In this document: positions 25,229 to 37,950 of the stretch, in pieces
Layout of the letters: each line of letters begins with the position of its first letter
Position numbering within the stretch: position 1 is the stretch's first letter
Assembly (NCBI GenBank): GCA_002633005.1
Contig: NMRA01000048.1
Span: 309,595-373,594 of the forward strand
Direction: 5' to 3'
Length of the DNA stretch: 64,000 bases
Source of the DNA: Phoronis australis
Lineage: Eukaryota; Animalia; Phoronida
The notes under the pieces: generated by a model
Told to the model about the DNA's origin: nothing
Database searches by the model: none
What the model saw: only the letters and a program-made list of their open reading frames with translations
Program-made: the position numbers and the translations under genes

Positions 25229-25866
25229 TCTATGTATTAGGTAGCCTTGGTGCAAAGCTGTATACTACATATACAACTTAATTAGCCTCGATGTGGGTAA
25301 AAAATACCCAAATAAAATCTGACACAAAATTAGTGTCATTAAAACTACATTCTTCCTTGAAATTATTTGCAGCCTACCGGTGTTGGAAAAGATAACGTTC
25401 TACTGTTATTCTGCTGCAGTGGTGCGATCATTTGAGTCGATACACAATTGCAAATTTTGCAATTGACTTTCTATATATAGAGGATGGTCTAATTTTGCAG
25501 TTAATTTTCTCAGAATGAAAACTTATAGAATACTGACCGAAATTTTGCAGTTTTGTCACTTACTTAATTGCGTGTGACTGTTAGAATGCTCGAGGCAACA
25601 TTTTAATCAATAATGACACAATACACATGAACTTAAGATTTCATCATTGTCATTATTTACCAAATTCATTGGAAACCTACTCTCAGATGTGCTTATTAAA
25701 ATGCAGGAACTTTTACATTTGAAATACACACATATGAATTATTTGAAAAACTTTGAATAAAGTTACCAAATCAAAATATTCACATTTATAACCTATTTTC
25801 AAAGCTGTCACAATTCACAGCCCACTGATTTTAAGTTTTGTAACAAATTTTTTTCTTCCATTTTAG

Positions 25867-26062
25867 GTTTTCTGTTGTTGGTCACATGGTTCAGTGTATC
25901 GGTGAAGTCGTGTATAGTGATAAGCTACCCACACTGTTGGGAAGACATCTGCGCTGTGTTGACGGGCTCAACATTGCACTATTTGAACAAACTGTGAAGT
26001 CACAGAGACGGTTTTTGAACAAGGTTCCACGGGAGAAATTTACCAACAATGAGCAGTCATGA
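25867..26062 (+). CDS. TEN1: TEN1 exon 2
   Basis: ttttag|..FSVVGHMVQCIGEVVY...LLGRHLRCVDGLNIALFEQTVKSQRRFL...; matches recalled TEN1 ARVLTCVEGMNLPLLEQAIREQR; stop TGA at 26060-26062; phase 2 matches exon 1. Confidence 0.88.
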
Positions 26063-26433
26063 TGTTTAATCAAAGATCAAGATAATTGTGTTTGTATTCT
26101 TCACTGTAAAGCACACAACGTGACTGACAAGTGAAATTCTGTTTCGACAAATTTCTCCACGTAATAAAGGTTTAGAGAATTTTGTCTATCATTTGCATGT
26201 TTTGTACTGTGTAGATGTCATAAAACATTTTGTAGTAAATTGTCCATGACTTGAAGTAAAGCAGCCAGCATTCGAAAAATAGAAAAATGACAATTTTGCA
26301 AATGTTTCTGTACAAAACAAGTGAAGAATTAATGTAATTTGTTACTCCAGTGACTTTTTGATTTTGAGATGATGGACCTAATCTAAGATCAAGTGAGGCT
26401 AATCAAAGCCTGGTGACGATGGTGCGACATATT

Positions 26434-26762
26434 CAGGGTGTTCCATCGAAACTGGAACCCCGATGTAAAACAGATATCCCAGAGTCGAAAGCAGACTCCA
26501 TCACCTTCAAAACAGCTAACCAGCCCGAAAAACAGGAACCCTGACCTTTAAAACAGGAATCCTGGGGATCGGACAGGAAACCCGGACAATTTTTTTTCGG
26601 TCCCCGGGCTCACTGTCCGATCCCCGGAATTCCTGTTTCAAAGGTTGGAGTTCCTGTTTTTTGGGCTGGTCAGCTGTTTTGAAGGTGCGGGACTGGAGTC
26701 TGCGCACAACTCCAGGATATATCTGTTTTACACCGGGATTTGTGTTTAGAAGGAGCACCTTG
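26434..26762. mobile_element. MITE with CA...TG ends and 5-bp TSD
   Basis: TIRs CAGGGTGTTCC / GGAGCACCTTG with extended internal pairing; TSD ATATT (26429-26433, 26763-26767). Confidence 0.85.
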
Positions 26763-27150
26763 ATATTAGACAGGTTCAGGAAATAAGAGTGGCGATTTTA
26801 AGCAATGACTTAAGTCTGCAGTGAAATTTTGTCTTGGTTACTGTTTTACCACACAAAAAAAACTTTAATAGCAGTTTTAGTGTTCAAACTCCTTTTAGCT
26901 GAGAATTTATGATGATGTTTAGTAGATCTGTCATATGTCTCCAACTTTAAGACTTTTGATATGTACTGGTGCTTTATTGCTCTAGAAGTTCTAGTGTTGA
27001 CCAGTGCACTAGTTTCTTCAACAAACATCACTGATAGCTTCTCCATTTTATCATTAACATAGCATTGGTTTTGGATTTTAATGGTTTATAAACATTAATT
27101 GCTAGCCTTTCAAAGTTCAAGAAATTGACACAGAGAAGAAAGGAGGAAGT

Positions 27151-27232
27151 TAATCTGCTGTCAAATGACCTTTGACCTAATCTGCTGTCAAATGACCTTT
27201 GACCTAATCTGCTGTCAAATGACCTTTGACCT
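27151..27232 (+). repeat. 27-bp tandem repeat x3, each unit containing TGACCTTTGACCT (nuclear-receptor DR1 consensus)
   Basis: taatctgctgtcaaatgacctttgacc at 27151, 27178 and 27205. Confidence 0.92.
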
Positions 27233-27722
27233 CTGTTGTTTTTAGATAATTTGGCATAGATCTGTGTTTTAAGGGAAGCAATGTAGGATTGATAGTTTAT
27301 TTTGTTTTCACATTTAATTGAGATTAAAGTTGCATGATACTCTCAGATAATAATAAATTGGACTTTCAAAAAATATTTGGATCATTTCCTACACCACCAC
27401 ATAATCCACAAAGATTTCTTACTTAAGCAAATATCATGATCAGGGATGAGGGGCTGTTTCATGAACAGTGACTTTTAAGTCAGAAATGGGTTATCCCTTT
27501 TAGGAAATTGGCTTAAGACTTAAGACAGAAATTTGGTCATGTGCACCAACTTTGCAATAGGCCTTTTGCGAGTTTATAACAATAACGCGAGATTATATGA
27601 GACTTAACTGTGACGTCACGGGAAGTGGGGCAAAAGCTTGTCGTTTGGTCATTTGCCCAATACGGTAGCAGAGTGTATTCTGTTATTGTCTTCGAGTTTT
27701 TAGCCGTTTAGTTCGAAAAATG

Positions 27723-28230
27723 NNNNNNNNNNNNNNNNNNNNNNNNNNNNNNNNNNNNNNNNNNNNNNNNNNNNNNNNNNNNNNNNNNNNNNNNNNNNNN
27801 NNNNNNNNNNNNNNNNNNNNNNNNNNNNNNNNNNNNNNNNNNNNNNNNNNNNNNNNNNNNNNNNNNNNNNNNNNNNNNNNNNNNNNNNNNNNNNNNNNNN
27901 NNNNNNNNNNNNNNNNNNNNNNNNNNNNNNNNNNNNNNNNNNNNNNNNNNNNNNNNNNNNNNNNNNNNNNNNNNNNNNNNNNNNNNNNNNNNNNNNNNNN
28001 NNNNNNNNNNNNNNNNNNNNNNNNNNNNNNNNNNNNNNNNNNNNNNNNNNNNNNNNNNNNNNNNNNNNNNNNNNNNNNNNNNNNNNNNNNNNNNNNNNNN
28101 NNNNNNNNNNNNNNNNNNNNNNNNNNNNNNNNNNNNNNNNNNNNNNNNNNNNNNNNNNNNNNNNNNNNNNNNNNNNNNNNNNNNNNNNNNNNNNNNNNNN
28201 NNNNNNNNNNNNNNNNNNNNNNNNNNNNNN
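27723..28230. other. Assembly gap
   Basis: Run of N. Confidence 1.
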
Positions 28231-28910
28231 CCTTTTAGTAAGTTGGCTTAAGACTTAAGACAGAAATTTGGTCACGTGCACCAACTTTGCAATATTGCTG
28301 AATAACGGTTTAGCAAAGAGCAACATAAGCGCGGAAATAATTTAGAGATTATCTCCGAGTCAGTAATTAGCAGTTATGTGCATATTTCCAGAGACTGCCC
28401 TTTTCCGTTAGTGAGATTTAATTATTTTACAGAAATAGTTACGTGGAGTATAAGACCAAAATTCTGACTTTTCATTAAACGGACCCAAAGATTCTTTGGT
28501 GTGTGCCCTGTGCAATCGTCTCCAAACTGACCCACACATTTCCATGTCAACAGGCCAACCGACCAAGCAGTCTTTGTTACATGAACTCCGATAATAAATG
28601 TTGAGAACGTGCTTTAAGTCAGGGATGCACTATTTATCAGGCTGAAAACGATGTTTTTGAGGAATTTAGACAAAAAGTTAATGTACTTTGTTAAGTATAT
28701 ATTTATGGGTGTGGAAGTATGCATTATATATCCTATTCGACCCTTAATCATGCAGTTTCTAGGAAAGAGCTTGTATTAATGCATCTGGTTCTGAATAGCA
28801 GTTATAAACCCTCCTTCTATCACAAAGTACAAATTTTGATTTAGACCCCAAGGTAGCTGAAATTAACCAGATGTGACAGTGAGCTTAATGTGAAGCAATG
28901 ATGACCTGTA

Positions 28911-29064
28911 CAGGGGCGGATCCAGGGTTTTGAGTTGGGGGGCAGGGCAGAGAATTAGCCAAGATTTTGCCCGTGAGACATTGCACTCCCGAACTGCCAA
29001 AAAGAATTTGGGAGAATTTTATGGGAGGCATGGCCCCGTTGGCCCCCCTCTAAATCCGCCACTG
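28911..29064 (+). mobile_element. MITE (CAGGGGCGGATCCAGG family), shorter copy
   Basis: Ends CAGGGGCGGATCC / TAAATCCGCCACTG; perfect TSD CTGTA. Confidence 0.88.
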
Positions 29065-29981
29065 CTGTAAGTTCTTTTCAATTCTAGAAATCATTTGTAA
29101 TTCCATTTATGTGCTCACTACACATATGGAAACAGGGCGGCAGTCTAAAGAATTTGTGACATCGTCTTAGCCACGTAAACACAGCGAAACGTAGTTTTCA
29201 AAACTAACCTGTGACTACGTACAGCAAGCAACACGTTTTACGCATTTGCTATACAGTGATTAAAAGACGATGTGTTCAGGTAAGCATGAGGTTTTCTTGG
29301 GCAAAATGAATTCTTAACTTTTTATTCAAGACATGCAAATTAATTTCATTTTATTTTACTTCATTTACAATGGCCATAAATACGTCTTCTAAAAACAAAG
29401 AACAGCTTTTGATTTAGACTACGTACCGTTTTGAAATTGGTGTCAAATGACGGATTGGAAAAAATGACAGTATATTAGTGCCCAAGACCAAGCTCTACAA
29501 GTTGGCTTGTCACGACGTGTCATTCTATTCGCCGAGCATGTTCTTCAGGAATAAGACTAACAGTTCGTGACAAGTCCAAAAATCTCAGTTATTTTGAAAA
29601 AAGGAACAACTTAACACCAATTTTATAGTGGTGCGTGGTCCAAAATCAAAAGTTCACTTCTTGGAACAGATTGAGGATTTATAGTCGCCTTCAGGGAAAA
29701 GTTCTGATTTTCTACAAAAAACTACTAAGTGATTACAAACGCCTGGGTATTATTTTCGTGCCCGTTAAAACTTGTAAACCATCTGGTATCTGTTTCATGA
29801 AAGTGACTGCTGACGTAACACATAAGATCTGCCTTACACTACCACGTCACAATTGCTGAAAGGTTTAGTCGAGCCATCAGTACCTCATACCCTCGCCGGC
29901 TACATCAATGGATGTACAGTAACCTTTAGCTTAACTTTTTTGTGCGGGCGACATCGCAAACCTCACTAAGTGTCAGCATTG

Positions 29982-31493
29982 TTAGTAAGTTGCTTTTCTC
30001 GCAAAGATTTTAAACGGTTTTGGGACGTTCAGCAGGCCACTTGTTCCCACAACTTCAACTAACTCTTCACTAGGGGTGTAAAATTCAAAGCTTTGTACCA
30101 TCGTGGAAAGAAAGAGAAACAGTTCCATCCGGGCCAGCGATTCACCCAAGCAGACACGTTTTCCCGTTGAAAACGGCATGGTAAAATCCGCCAAAGACTT
30201 CTTGAACTTCCCGGTATGATAATCAAGGAATCTTTCGGGATGAAACTCTTCTGGGTTTGGGAATCTTCTTTCGTCCATGTGAACCGCGTAAATATGAGGT
30301 AAAACAATGGTTTCTGTTGGAATTACGTAGTTTTTGAAAGTCAAATCACAAAGAGTCGTGTGCGGAAGAGCAAAAGGTGCCAAAGGCGGAAGTCTTTGCA
30401 CCTCCGCTAGAAAAGCTTGAGTGTACACCATTTCACTTTTATCGCAAAGCGAAGGTTTTCTGCCTATGCCAACTACCTTGTGTATTTCAGCTCGTAGCTT
30501 CTTTTGCACACCAGGGAACTTGGTTAAATACAGTAGTGCCCATCTCAGAGTACTGGTGGTTGTTTCGGTTCCTGCGAATAACAGGTCTACTAATGTCTTT
30601 CGAAGATAAATGTTTTGCGCCACCGATCTGTCTGCTGCCTTCTGGGAGTCCGACATGGTCATCCGTTCTTCCAAAAAGGCATCAATCAAGTCTGTAACAT
30701 CTCCCTTGGTGTCGTTATTTTCGTGTTCTCTTAAATGTTTGTCAACAATCTCGTCCAAAGACTTCCAAGCCTGAATAATTCTACCCACCTCATTCCGCAA
30801 AATAGGTACGTATTTTATCCAAGGATTCAATATAGCATACGTTGGAATTTCGGCCAGTGCTTCAGATGCCTCGATAAGTTTTAAAAATATTTCATCATCG
30901 TGTTCATATCGCTTCCCAAAGATCAGATTACAAGTGACATTGGAAACGCATCTGGTTAGCAGGTCACTGATGTCAAACTTCCGGTCGCCATTATAAGCAA
31001 TGCCTTGAAGAAGGCACCCCGCCTCTTGCATGATGACGGGTTCGAGACTTCTCTTTCCAAACCCTAGGTCTCCAAGGTGCTTTAAGCAAAATCTGCGGTT
31101 GGTTCTCCATACTTCGCCAACTGACGTAACGACTCCTGTATTTTTAATGAAAACTCCTTCGACTAGATGACTAGAATCGAAACGGCCCGAAAAATCATAC
31201 CTCGACAGGGCTTCCTTGATGTCTTCGTGCGAGTTAATGACTACAATTCTCAAGTTAAATAAGTAGATAGTGAAAATGTCCCCATACGTTTTTGCCAGTT
31301 TCGCCAGTACACGCGCACGTTTGTCTCGTAGAAAGAGGTGTACATTACCAATCAACGGAAGAGGCGTAGGTCCCGGCGGCAAGTAGGCCTTCTCTTTGAA
31401 ACTTCTGTAAATCCACGATATCAATACTGTTAGCATCAATGCAACCACGGTTGCAACACAGTTCTCGAAAATGACTTTGTAGATTACGGCCAT
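29982..31493 (-). CDS. Cytochrome P450, clan 2 (CYP2-like), 503 aa, single coding exon
   Basis: N-terminal anchor, PPGPTPLPLIGN, WRTNR (C helix), LLFAGTETT (I helix), EVQR (ExxR), PERF, FSTGKRVCLG haem motif. Confidence 0.97.
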   Translation of the reverse strand: MAVIYKVIFENCVATVVALMLTVLISWIYRSFKEKAYLPPGPTPLPLIGNVHLFLRDKRARVLAKLAKTYGDIFTIYLFNLRIVVINSHEDIKEALSRYDFSGRFDSSHLVEGVFIKNTGVVTSVGEVWRTNRRFCLKHLGDLGFGKRSLEPVIMQEAGCLLQGIAYNGDRKFDISDLLTRCVSNVTCNLIFGKRYEHDDEIFLKLIEASEALAEIPTYAILNPWIKYVPILRNEVGRIIQAWKSLDEIVDKHLREHENNDTKGDVTDLIDAFLEERMTMSDSQKAADRSVAQNIYLRKTLVDLLFAGTETTTSTLRWALLYLTKFPGVQKKLRAEIHKVVGIGRKPSLCDKSEMVYTQAFLAEVQRLPPLAPFALPHTTLCDLTFKNYVIPTETIVLPHIYAVHMDERRFPNPEEFHPERFLDYHTGKFKKSLADFTMPFSTGKRVCLGESLARMELFLFLSTMVQSFEFYTPSEELVEVVGTSGLLNVPKPFKIFARKATY

Positions 31494-34064
31494 CGCTCAA
31501 CAAGTGACTACGGTTTCCTCGACCTGAAACGCTCGTCAGCGTATGATCGCTACGAACTCAACCCACTGCCTGTAATAAATAGTGGCTCGTCGATCAGCGA
31601 GCGCCTTTCTACAGGTATGAATGCTGTCGTGCCGCTCAGTTTGATCACTTGTGTTCACATGTAAATTAGCACTTTTGCCCCTTTATTGACGACGAGTCGC
31701 TCTTTCAGTGCATGGTGACGCCCCACGAAGGCTTCCAGAGTTGCTTCCGGAGTACAAGTTTGTTGCGAGGAAAGATAGATGACGCTAGTCTTTGCGAGAC
31801 ATTGCCATGCTTTGCAAACGAAGCACTTGATCGCGATAACTTCACTCTCGGATGTCTTGCGTCTACGGAACGCACCCGGTCTTCGCCAAACAAATAGATA
31901 TCGATTCTGTTTTGGTGAACGCGCTCTGGGTTGACTCATTTTCTAACTTTTATACACCTGTGCTCTGGACTTCCCAATAAAAAAAATCTAACTGGTCATA
32001 TCGAACAGATTTAAGGACTCCAATGAAGATAAGTCGCTAGACTTTCTGTGCTATCCTTGGTTTATTTCAGGTGCCACTTTTGTACTTATTTTTGTATTTG
32101 TTTTACTGATGGTTGTTGGTTTTGTATTAGACTTATCAAATTGAATATATCTATCTGTCAATATATTTAGATATTTTGCTTTCTATCGCTATCTGGGCTA
32201 AACCCCAATTGTTGTACATTATATTTTTGTAATAAACGCCATTTTGAAAAATACATCTAAGATAATAAAACCCCGTTCAGTTAAAACCACTTGTGTGATG
32301 CATATCAATTCATCTGGCAAAGGCTTGCGAGATCTCGATTTCTTTTGCTCTGTGGAACGAAACACAGGCTAAAAGGAAACTTTTAAGTTTCTGCATGCTT
32401 TGCAGACAATGCAGGATTTCCACTTCCTGTGGGCGGAGCTTGCGGGTCTGTTTTGTAGCCGATTGGCAAACGAAGTACGTGAGACGTAGTTTACTATCTC
32501 TTTGCAGCCACTGCATAACTTTCCTCAGTGACATTTGTTTATTGAGATAGCGTTTTAGATATTTGGAGGCAGTGTCAGAGCTGGGACGTATAGGGGTTGC
32601 ATTATATCACCGTAAGCTGGCGAAAATACTAGCCAAATTCTCGCCTTTCAACCGCGTGATTTTGTGAGGCCTCTTGCGTGATCTTGCACATTCTCGTAGT
32701 TCTTACGTCAATAGAACGCAACACAGGGTACTTTGTAGCCAGCCTCAAGAATCGCGCTAAGAGGACGATACTGTTATAATAGTCTATAACGTTCTTCGCT
32801 TGTAATGCATGGCGACATCACTTGAAGTCTTCCTAGTTCTTGTGCTTTTTCGCAAGAAACTAGGTCGATGAATATTAATTTAAAATTAAAAGTCTGACAT
32901 AAATTGTCTACGTTTACTCATAAAAAGTACAACACATTCATACAGTATCATTTTAAAGTTTATTTACAGAAATGCAGCGGCAAGTCTGACTTACGGGAGA
33001 CAACTTTTTTTAAAAGGCGCGTTGGAATGAACAAATTCCGTACCCTGAGCACGTTGAAGTTCGATAAACTCTGATACTGATTTTCCCTTCGTCAGAAGTT
33101 TCAGAATAATACCCCTCTTCACGTTCGCCACCGGCAAATTTTGCCCGTGCCTCCGCTATCTCCAACGTAGTCAGTGATAAATTTGCCCTCACTGTCCGTT
33201 TGGGCCTGTACTAACGAAGTCACATTTGTAAGGCTACTTCTCCATATGTTTTTACCTACTTCACTATAAGACAACCAAACGTTTCCTCTGCTGGCCTATT
33301 TCGCACGAATATAGATGAAAAATTTAGTGCGTTCATATTTAGGTTGTTGCGTACGCTTCATTTTGTTCAGTGAACTTCAGAACTGCGACGACTACCCACG
33401 AGTTGGATTGTTCTAGCCTGTTTGTTATAGACGAAACAAACCGTACCATTGATATGTATGTTACTATAAGCTTTTGTCATTAAAAATCTTATTTTTTGTA
33501 CAATGGTACGATTTTTAATGCTTTCCACCAGAGTGTTCATATTAAGTTAATTTCTTCTATCCGTGAAGTCGGCAGTTTGGCAGTTGGCGAGCCTTGTTTG
33601 CGTGTCATTGAATCAAGTTTATCGGCTTCGTGAGCCGTGTTTATAAATGAACTCGGGTTTGTCAACAAGGAAGCCGCGTTGTTCGGGTAGCCTGAAACAG
33701 TAAAGAAATAGGGACTCAACTAAGTTTCCTAAATCTACAGCGTATTTTATTTTTGTGTGCTTGTGAAAACACAGGCGGATCGTCCTTTCTTGTGTTGTAT
33801 TAATTTTATTACTAAGTTAAGTTGACGTTGAACTCTCAATATTATTGAAAATAAATAGGGATCTTTTCATGCAACACGCCTAATTTAAGGATTCAGTCCC
33901 TATTTATTTTCATTGAATTCAGGGCCCAGTCTTTAGTTATATTATGAGAAAATGTCAATTAGTTAAACAGGGACTCATAATAAAGCTGAACCGATAAAAA
34001 AAGATTACATGTGAATGACACAAGTAGGCAAAAAATTCATGCAGCCTGGCATTGGGACCCGTTC

Positions 34065-34270
34065 CAAGAAAACTGATTTAGTTAAGACCAATCATAAATT
34101 TCAGTCAATTTTAAGATAAAACTTAAGGAAGTGAGTTTCAAGAACGAGACCGTAAGTTTGTCTTACTTTTTGTCTAAGTTACCGGATGTGAAAGTTTCAA
34201 AGTTTGGAAATTACAACAAATCTTAGACTTAAAAATGAACTTAAGTCAATTTCTTGATATGCCGGGGGAC
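34065..34270. mobile_element. Possible short MITE remnant
   Basis: ccgttccaagaaaactgattta pairs loosely with ttaagtcaatttcttgatatgccgg; no clean TSD. Confidence 0.35.
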
Positions 34271-34572
34271 CTTGGTTGACTCACCTAATCCGTATTACGG
34301 TATTTTCATTAAGTTTGACAACCAAAATACAGGGTCCATGTGTCGGTATTAATTCGCTCTCCCAACGCTTAGTTTCTTGGCTGTGCACTGTAATATGCTT
34401 GCTACAAACGAGAATTTGCATGAGCCAATTTCATCCAAGTTTTTAAAAGGTCAACAAACTTGAATTAAACTTTATTATCAAAGTCAGTAAGAAAACTGTC
34501 GTGATTTTTATAATGTTCAATACCAATTCTCGCTTTTAGGAACAGTCTATCTTCCAATGAGTGTAAATGTAA

Positions 34573-36075
34573 CTAAGATATTTTTCTAGCACACAGCTGG
34601 AATGCTACTGGAGAATTTATCAAACCGTCTCTTCCTTTAATGTCAACTGAATCTTCGTCTGCTGTGTAAAACTCGAATGTCTGCATCATTGTTGTAAGGA
34701 ATAAGAACACCTCCATCCTGGCCAGTAACTCGCCTAAGCAGACACGCTTTCCTGTTGAAAATGGCATGGTCAAATCAGCCAATTGTTTGTTGAAGCATCC
34801 GAAGTCGTCAATGAATCTCTCGGGACGAAACACTTCTGGGTCGGGGAAGTTTTGAACGTCCATGTGCACAGCGTTGAGATTGGGTAAAATGATAGTTTCC
34901 GACGGAATATGGTAGTTCTTCAATGTGACATCACAAACAGTCATGTGCGGTACAGCTGTCGGTGTCAATGTCGGAAGTCGCAGCACTTCCGCTATAAAAG
35001 CTTGCGTGTACACCAATTGACTTTTGTCAGCAAGCGACGGTTTCCTGTCTGTGCCTATTACCGTATGTATTTCAGTTTGCAGCTTCTTTTGCACGCCAGG
35101 GAACTTGATTAAATACACCAATGCCCATCTAAGAGTGCTAGTAGTGGTTTCTGTTCCGGCGAAAAGTAGATCGGCTAACGTTTTACGGATGTGGGTGTTT
35201 TCCAAGAATGATCCATTTACTTCTTTCTGAGAACCCGATGTCGTCTTTCTTTCTTTCAAAAAAGCATCAATCAAATCATTTATTTCTCCGCTACTTGTCT
35301 GTTCGTTTTCGTGATCTTTCAAATGCTTGTCAACAATCTCGTCCAAAACTTGAGATGCCTGAACTATTTTACCTACTTCACGCCCCAGAATGGGCAAGTA
35401 TTTAACCCATGGGCTCAATACTAAATAAACAGGACTTTCAGTGAAGACATCTGATGCCTTAAGAAGTTTTAAAAACATTTCATCGTTGTGTTTGTATCGT
35501 TTCCCAAATATCAGGCCGCAGGTGACATTAGAAACACAACTAGCCAAGAGGGCGCTGATGTCAAATTTCTGGTCGCCATGTTGTTCTATTCCTGACAACA
35601 GACATTCTGCCTCTTTTATGATTGTAGGTTCGAGGACTCTCTTTCCAAACCCCATGTCCCCGAGATGTTTTAAACAAAATTTTCGACTGTTCCTCCACAT
35701 TTCCCCAACGGATGTTATAACCCCAGAGTTAGCAAGAAAAACGCCCTCCATGAGGTGACTCGAGTCGAATCGACCTGCGAACTCAATCCTCGATAGGGCG
35801 TCTTTGATATCTTCTCGTGAGTTGACGATAACCACTCTGAGATTGAATAGGTAAACTGTAAATATGTCGCCGTATGTCTTTGCCAATTTCGCCAGCACAT
35901 TTGAAGGTTTGTCTAGCAAAAACAAATGAACATTACCGATCAGTGGGAGAGGTGTAGGTCCAGGAGGCAAGTGCGCCCGCTTTTTCTGACCTTCACGAAA
36001 CCAAAATATCCACAATGTCACAACGAAAATGAACGCCGGAACTAACCAATTGTTGACGACGAAAGAAAGAATCAT
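34573..36075 (-). CDS. Cytochrome P450, clan 2 (CYP2-like), 500 aa, single coding exon; tandem paralogue of 29982-31493
   Basis: PPGPTPLPLIGN, WRNSR, LLFAGTETT, EVLR, PERF, FSTGKRVCLG; colinear with the neighbouring P450. Confidence 0.97.
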   Translation of the reverse strand: MILSFVVNNWLVPAFIFVVTLWIFWFREGQKKRAHLPPGPTPLPLIGNVHLFLLDKPSNVLAKLAKTYGDIFTVYLFNLRVVIVNSREDIKDALSRIEFAGRFDSSHLMEGVFLANSGVITSVGEMWRNSRKFCLKHLGDMGFGKRVLEPTIIKEAECLLSGIEQHGDQKFDISALLASCVSNVTCGLIFGKRYKHNDEMFLKLLKASDVFTESPVYLVLSPWVKYLPILGREVGKIVQASQVLDEIVDKHLKDHENEQTSSGEINDLIDAFLKERKTTSGSQKEVNGSFLENTHIRKTLADLLFAGTETTTSTLRWALVYLIKFPGVQKKLQTEIHTVIGTDRKPSLADKSQLVYTQAFIAEVLRLPTLTPTAVPHMTVCDVTLKNYHIPSETIILPNLNAVHMDVQNFPDPEVFRPERFIDDFGCFNKQLADLTMPFSTGKRVCLGELLARMEVFLFLTTMMQTFEFYTADEDSVDIKGRDGLINSPVAFQLCARKIS

Positions 36076-37164
36076 AGCTGTAGTTTAACCGCCTGGGTAG
36101 CTCCTTACAGTTCATCACCTACACACAGCCCTACTGCGCCAAAACTCGTCTAACTGCCTCCGCAACCGTCTGTGGAGATGAATTAGGTCAGTCATTCGTT
36201 GATTAGTGGAACTGGGTCATTCATGAAGTTATTTAACCCCTGACAGACGTAAGAAGGCCGCGGACGACTCATACATCGTAGTCGATTCCATGCGCGCACC
36301 CAGCCTAAAAACGGGGTTCGAATTTTTGAGAATGTGGACCTTTTACTAAGATTCAAAGGTACATTCAGACTGAGCAATGAATTGTGCATTCGCCGAATGT
36401 TGGTAGTCGTTCCTGCCTTTTTCAGTAGTCACTTTTGTCTGTTTAACTCTACTTTTTTCGGACTGGCACTTCGCCATATTGGGATCTCATTCGAGTGTTT
36501 CGTGAGAACTGTTGCGGTGGGGATCCTGTTGTGCATGATCATAGAATTCAATATTCAATACAGAAATCGTGTGGAAATTTTTGTACTTTCTGATTATTGC
36601 CCTCCGATCACCTTTTATCCCTAGTTACCGGAACTTGTGTTACGGACTCGGAGGAATCAGTGAAGGGTTAATCAATTATATTGGTGAATAAGATCGCCAA
36701 TAGTTGAAAAAATAAAGATTGGTTAAAATTAAATTACTTTAATTACTAACTAGGGCTTTACAGAGCGTGAGTGAACGTGATTGGATTGCCGAGCCAAAAG
36801 TAGCTTTAGAGGTGGCTTATCAGTCAATTATCCACGCATGCTGACTCCCAATAGAAGCCTGATAAGAGTGAAGGTGGATAAATGCGGTGTTCCTACAGTT
36901 TCTTGTGCTAGTGGATGTGTTCACGACATGTGAGTGAACTTGCCAAGTTTCCTAGAAGCGTATTCCAAGTTCACGCAAATGTGATCTTGTGCATCATGCA
37001 GAGTGGGTTCCAAGGTCATAGACCGGCAGCCCAGAGCACTTAGCATAGATGAACGAGGTACCGCCAACATCTGACCACGGGAGCATTTAGAGTCCACATC
37101 AGTATGTACAGAAATGGAGGTCTGCCGTTGTCTGCACTCTGGGTGTGACCCCTGGGGGCCTAAC

Positions 37165-37762
37165 AAAGGGCCCAGGAAATGAGCTAGACTAGATATTCGA
37201 GGTACCGGCCAAAACTGATTTAAAACGAACAATAGTACCGCACTGAACACCGAATGACCCGTGACAGACAAATTGCACTCCGGCAGAAACCAGAAAAAGG
37301 ACCCCCCAAAAATGAGCTAGCACGTACATACATTCGACTAGGTACCACAGAAAACCAATTCCATATGATTCAATACCTGTCACAGATTACTAAAACACCT
37401 ATGACAGACAAAATACACTCTGGGTTGTGCCCAGCAGAAAGCCCCAAAAATCTCAACCATGGTATGCCATCAAAAATTTGAGCTAGACTAGATTTTCGAG
37501 GTCACGGCCAAAACTGATTGAAAACGAACAATAGTACCACACTGAACATTGAATGACCCATGACAGACAAATTGCACTCTGGAATGGGTCCGGCAGAAAC
37601 CAAAAAAAGGGCCCCTCAAAAATGAGCTAGCACATACATTCGAGGCACCACACAAAACCAATTCCATATGATTCAATACATGTCACAGATCACTAAAACC
37701 CCTATGACAGACAAATTACACTCTGGGTTGTGCCCGGCAGAAACCCCCAAAAATCTCAACCA
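37165..37762 (+). repeat. ~300-bp tandem repeat, two copies running into an assembly gap
   Basis: gagctagactagat(a/t)ttcgagg at 37181 and 37480, followed by colinear sequence up to the gap. Confidence 0.88.
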
Positions 37763-37950
37763 NNNNNNNNNNNNNNNNNNNNNNNNNNNNNNNNNNNNNN
37801 NNNNNNNNNNNNNNNNNNNNNNNNNNNNNNNNNNNNNNNNNNNNNNNNNNNNNNNNNNNNNNNNNNNNNNNNNNNNNNNNNNNNNNNNNNNNNNNNNNNN
37901 NNNNNNNNNNNNNNNNNNNNNNNNNNNNNNNNNNNNNNNNNNNNNNNNNN
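37763..37950. other. Assembly gap
   Basis: Run of N. Confidence 1.

Noticed and set aside
23390-26062. RMI2 or RPA3 as the identity of the small OB-fold gene
   Set aside because: The VEPF and CVDGLNIALFEQ..QR motifs fit TEN1 better.
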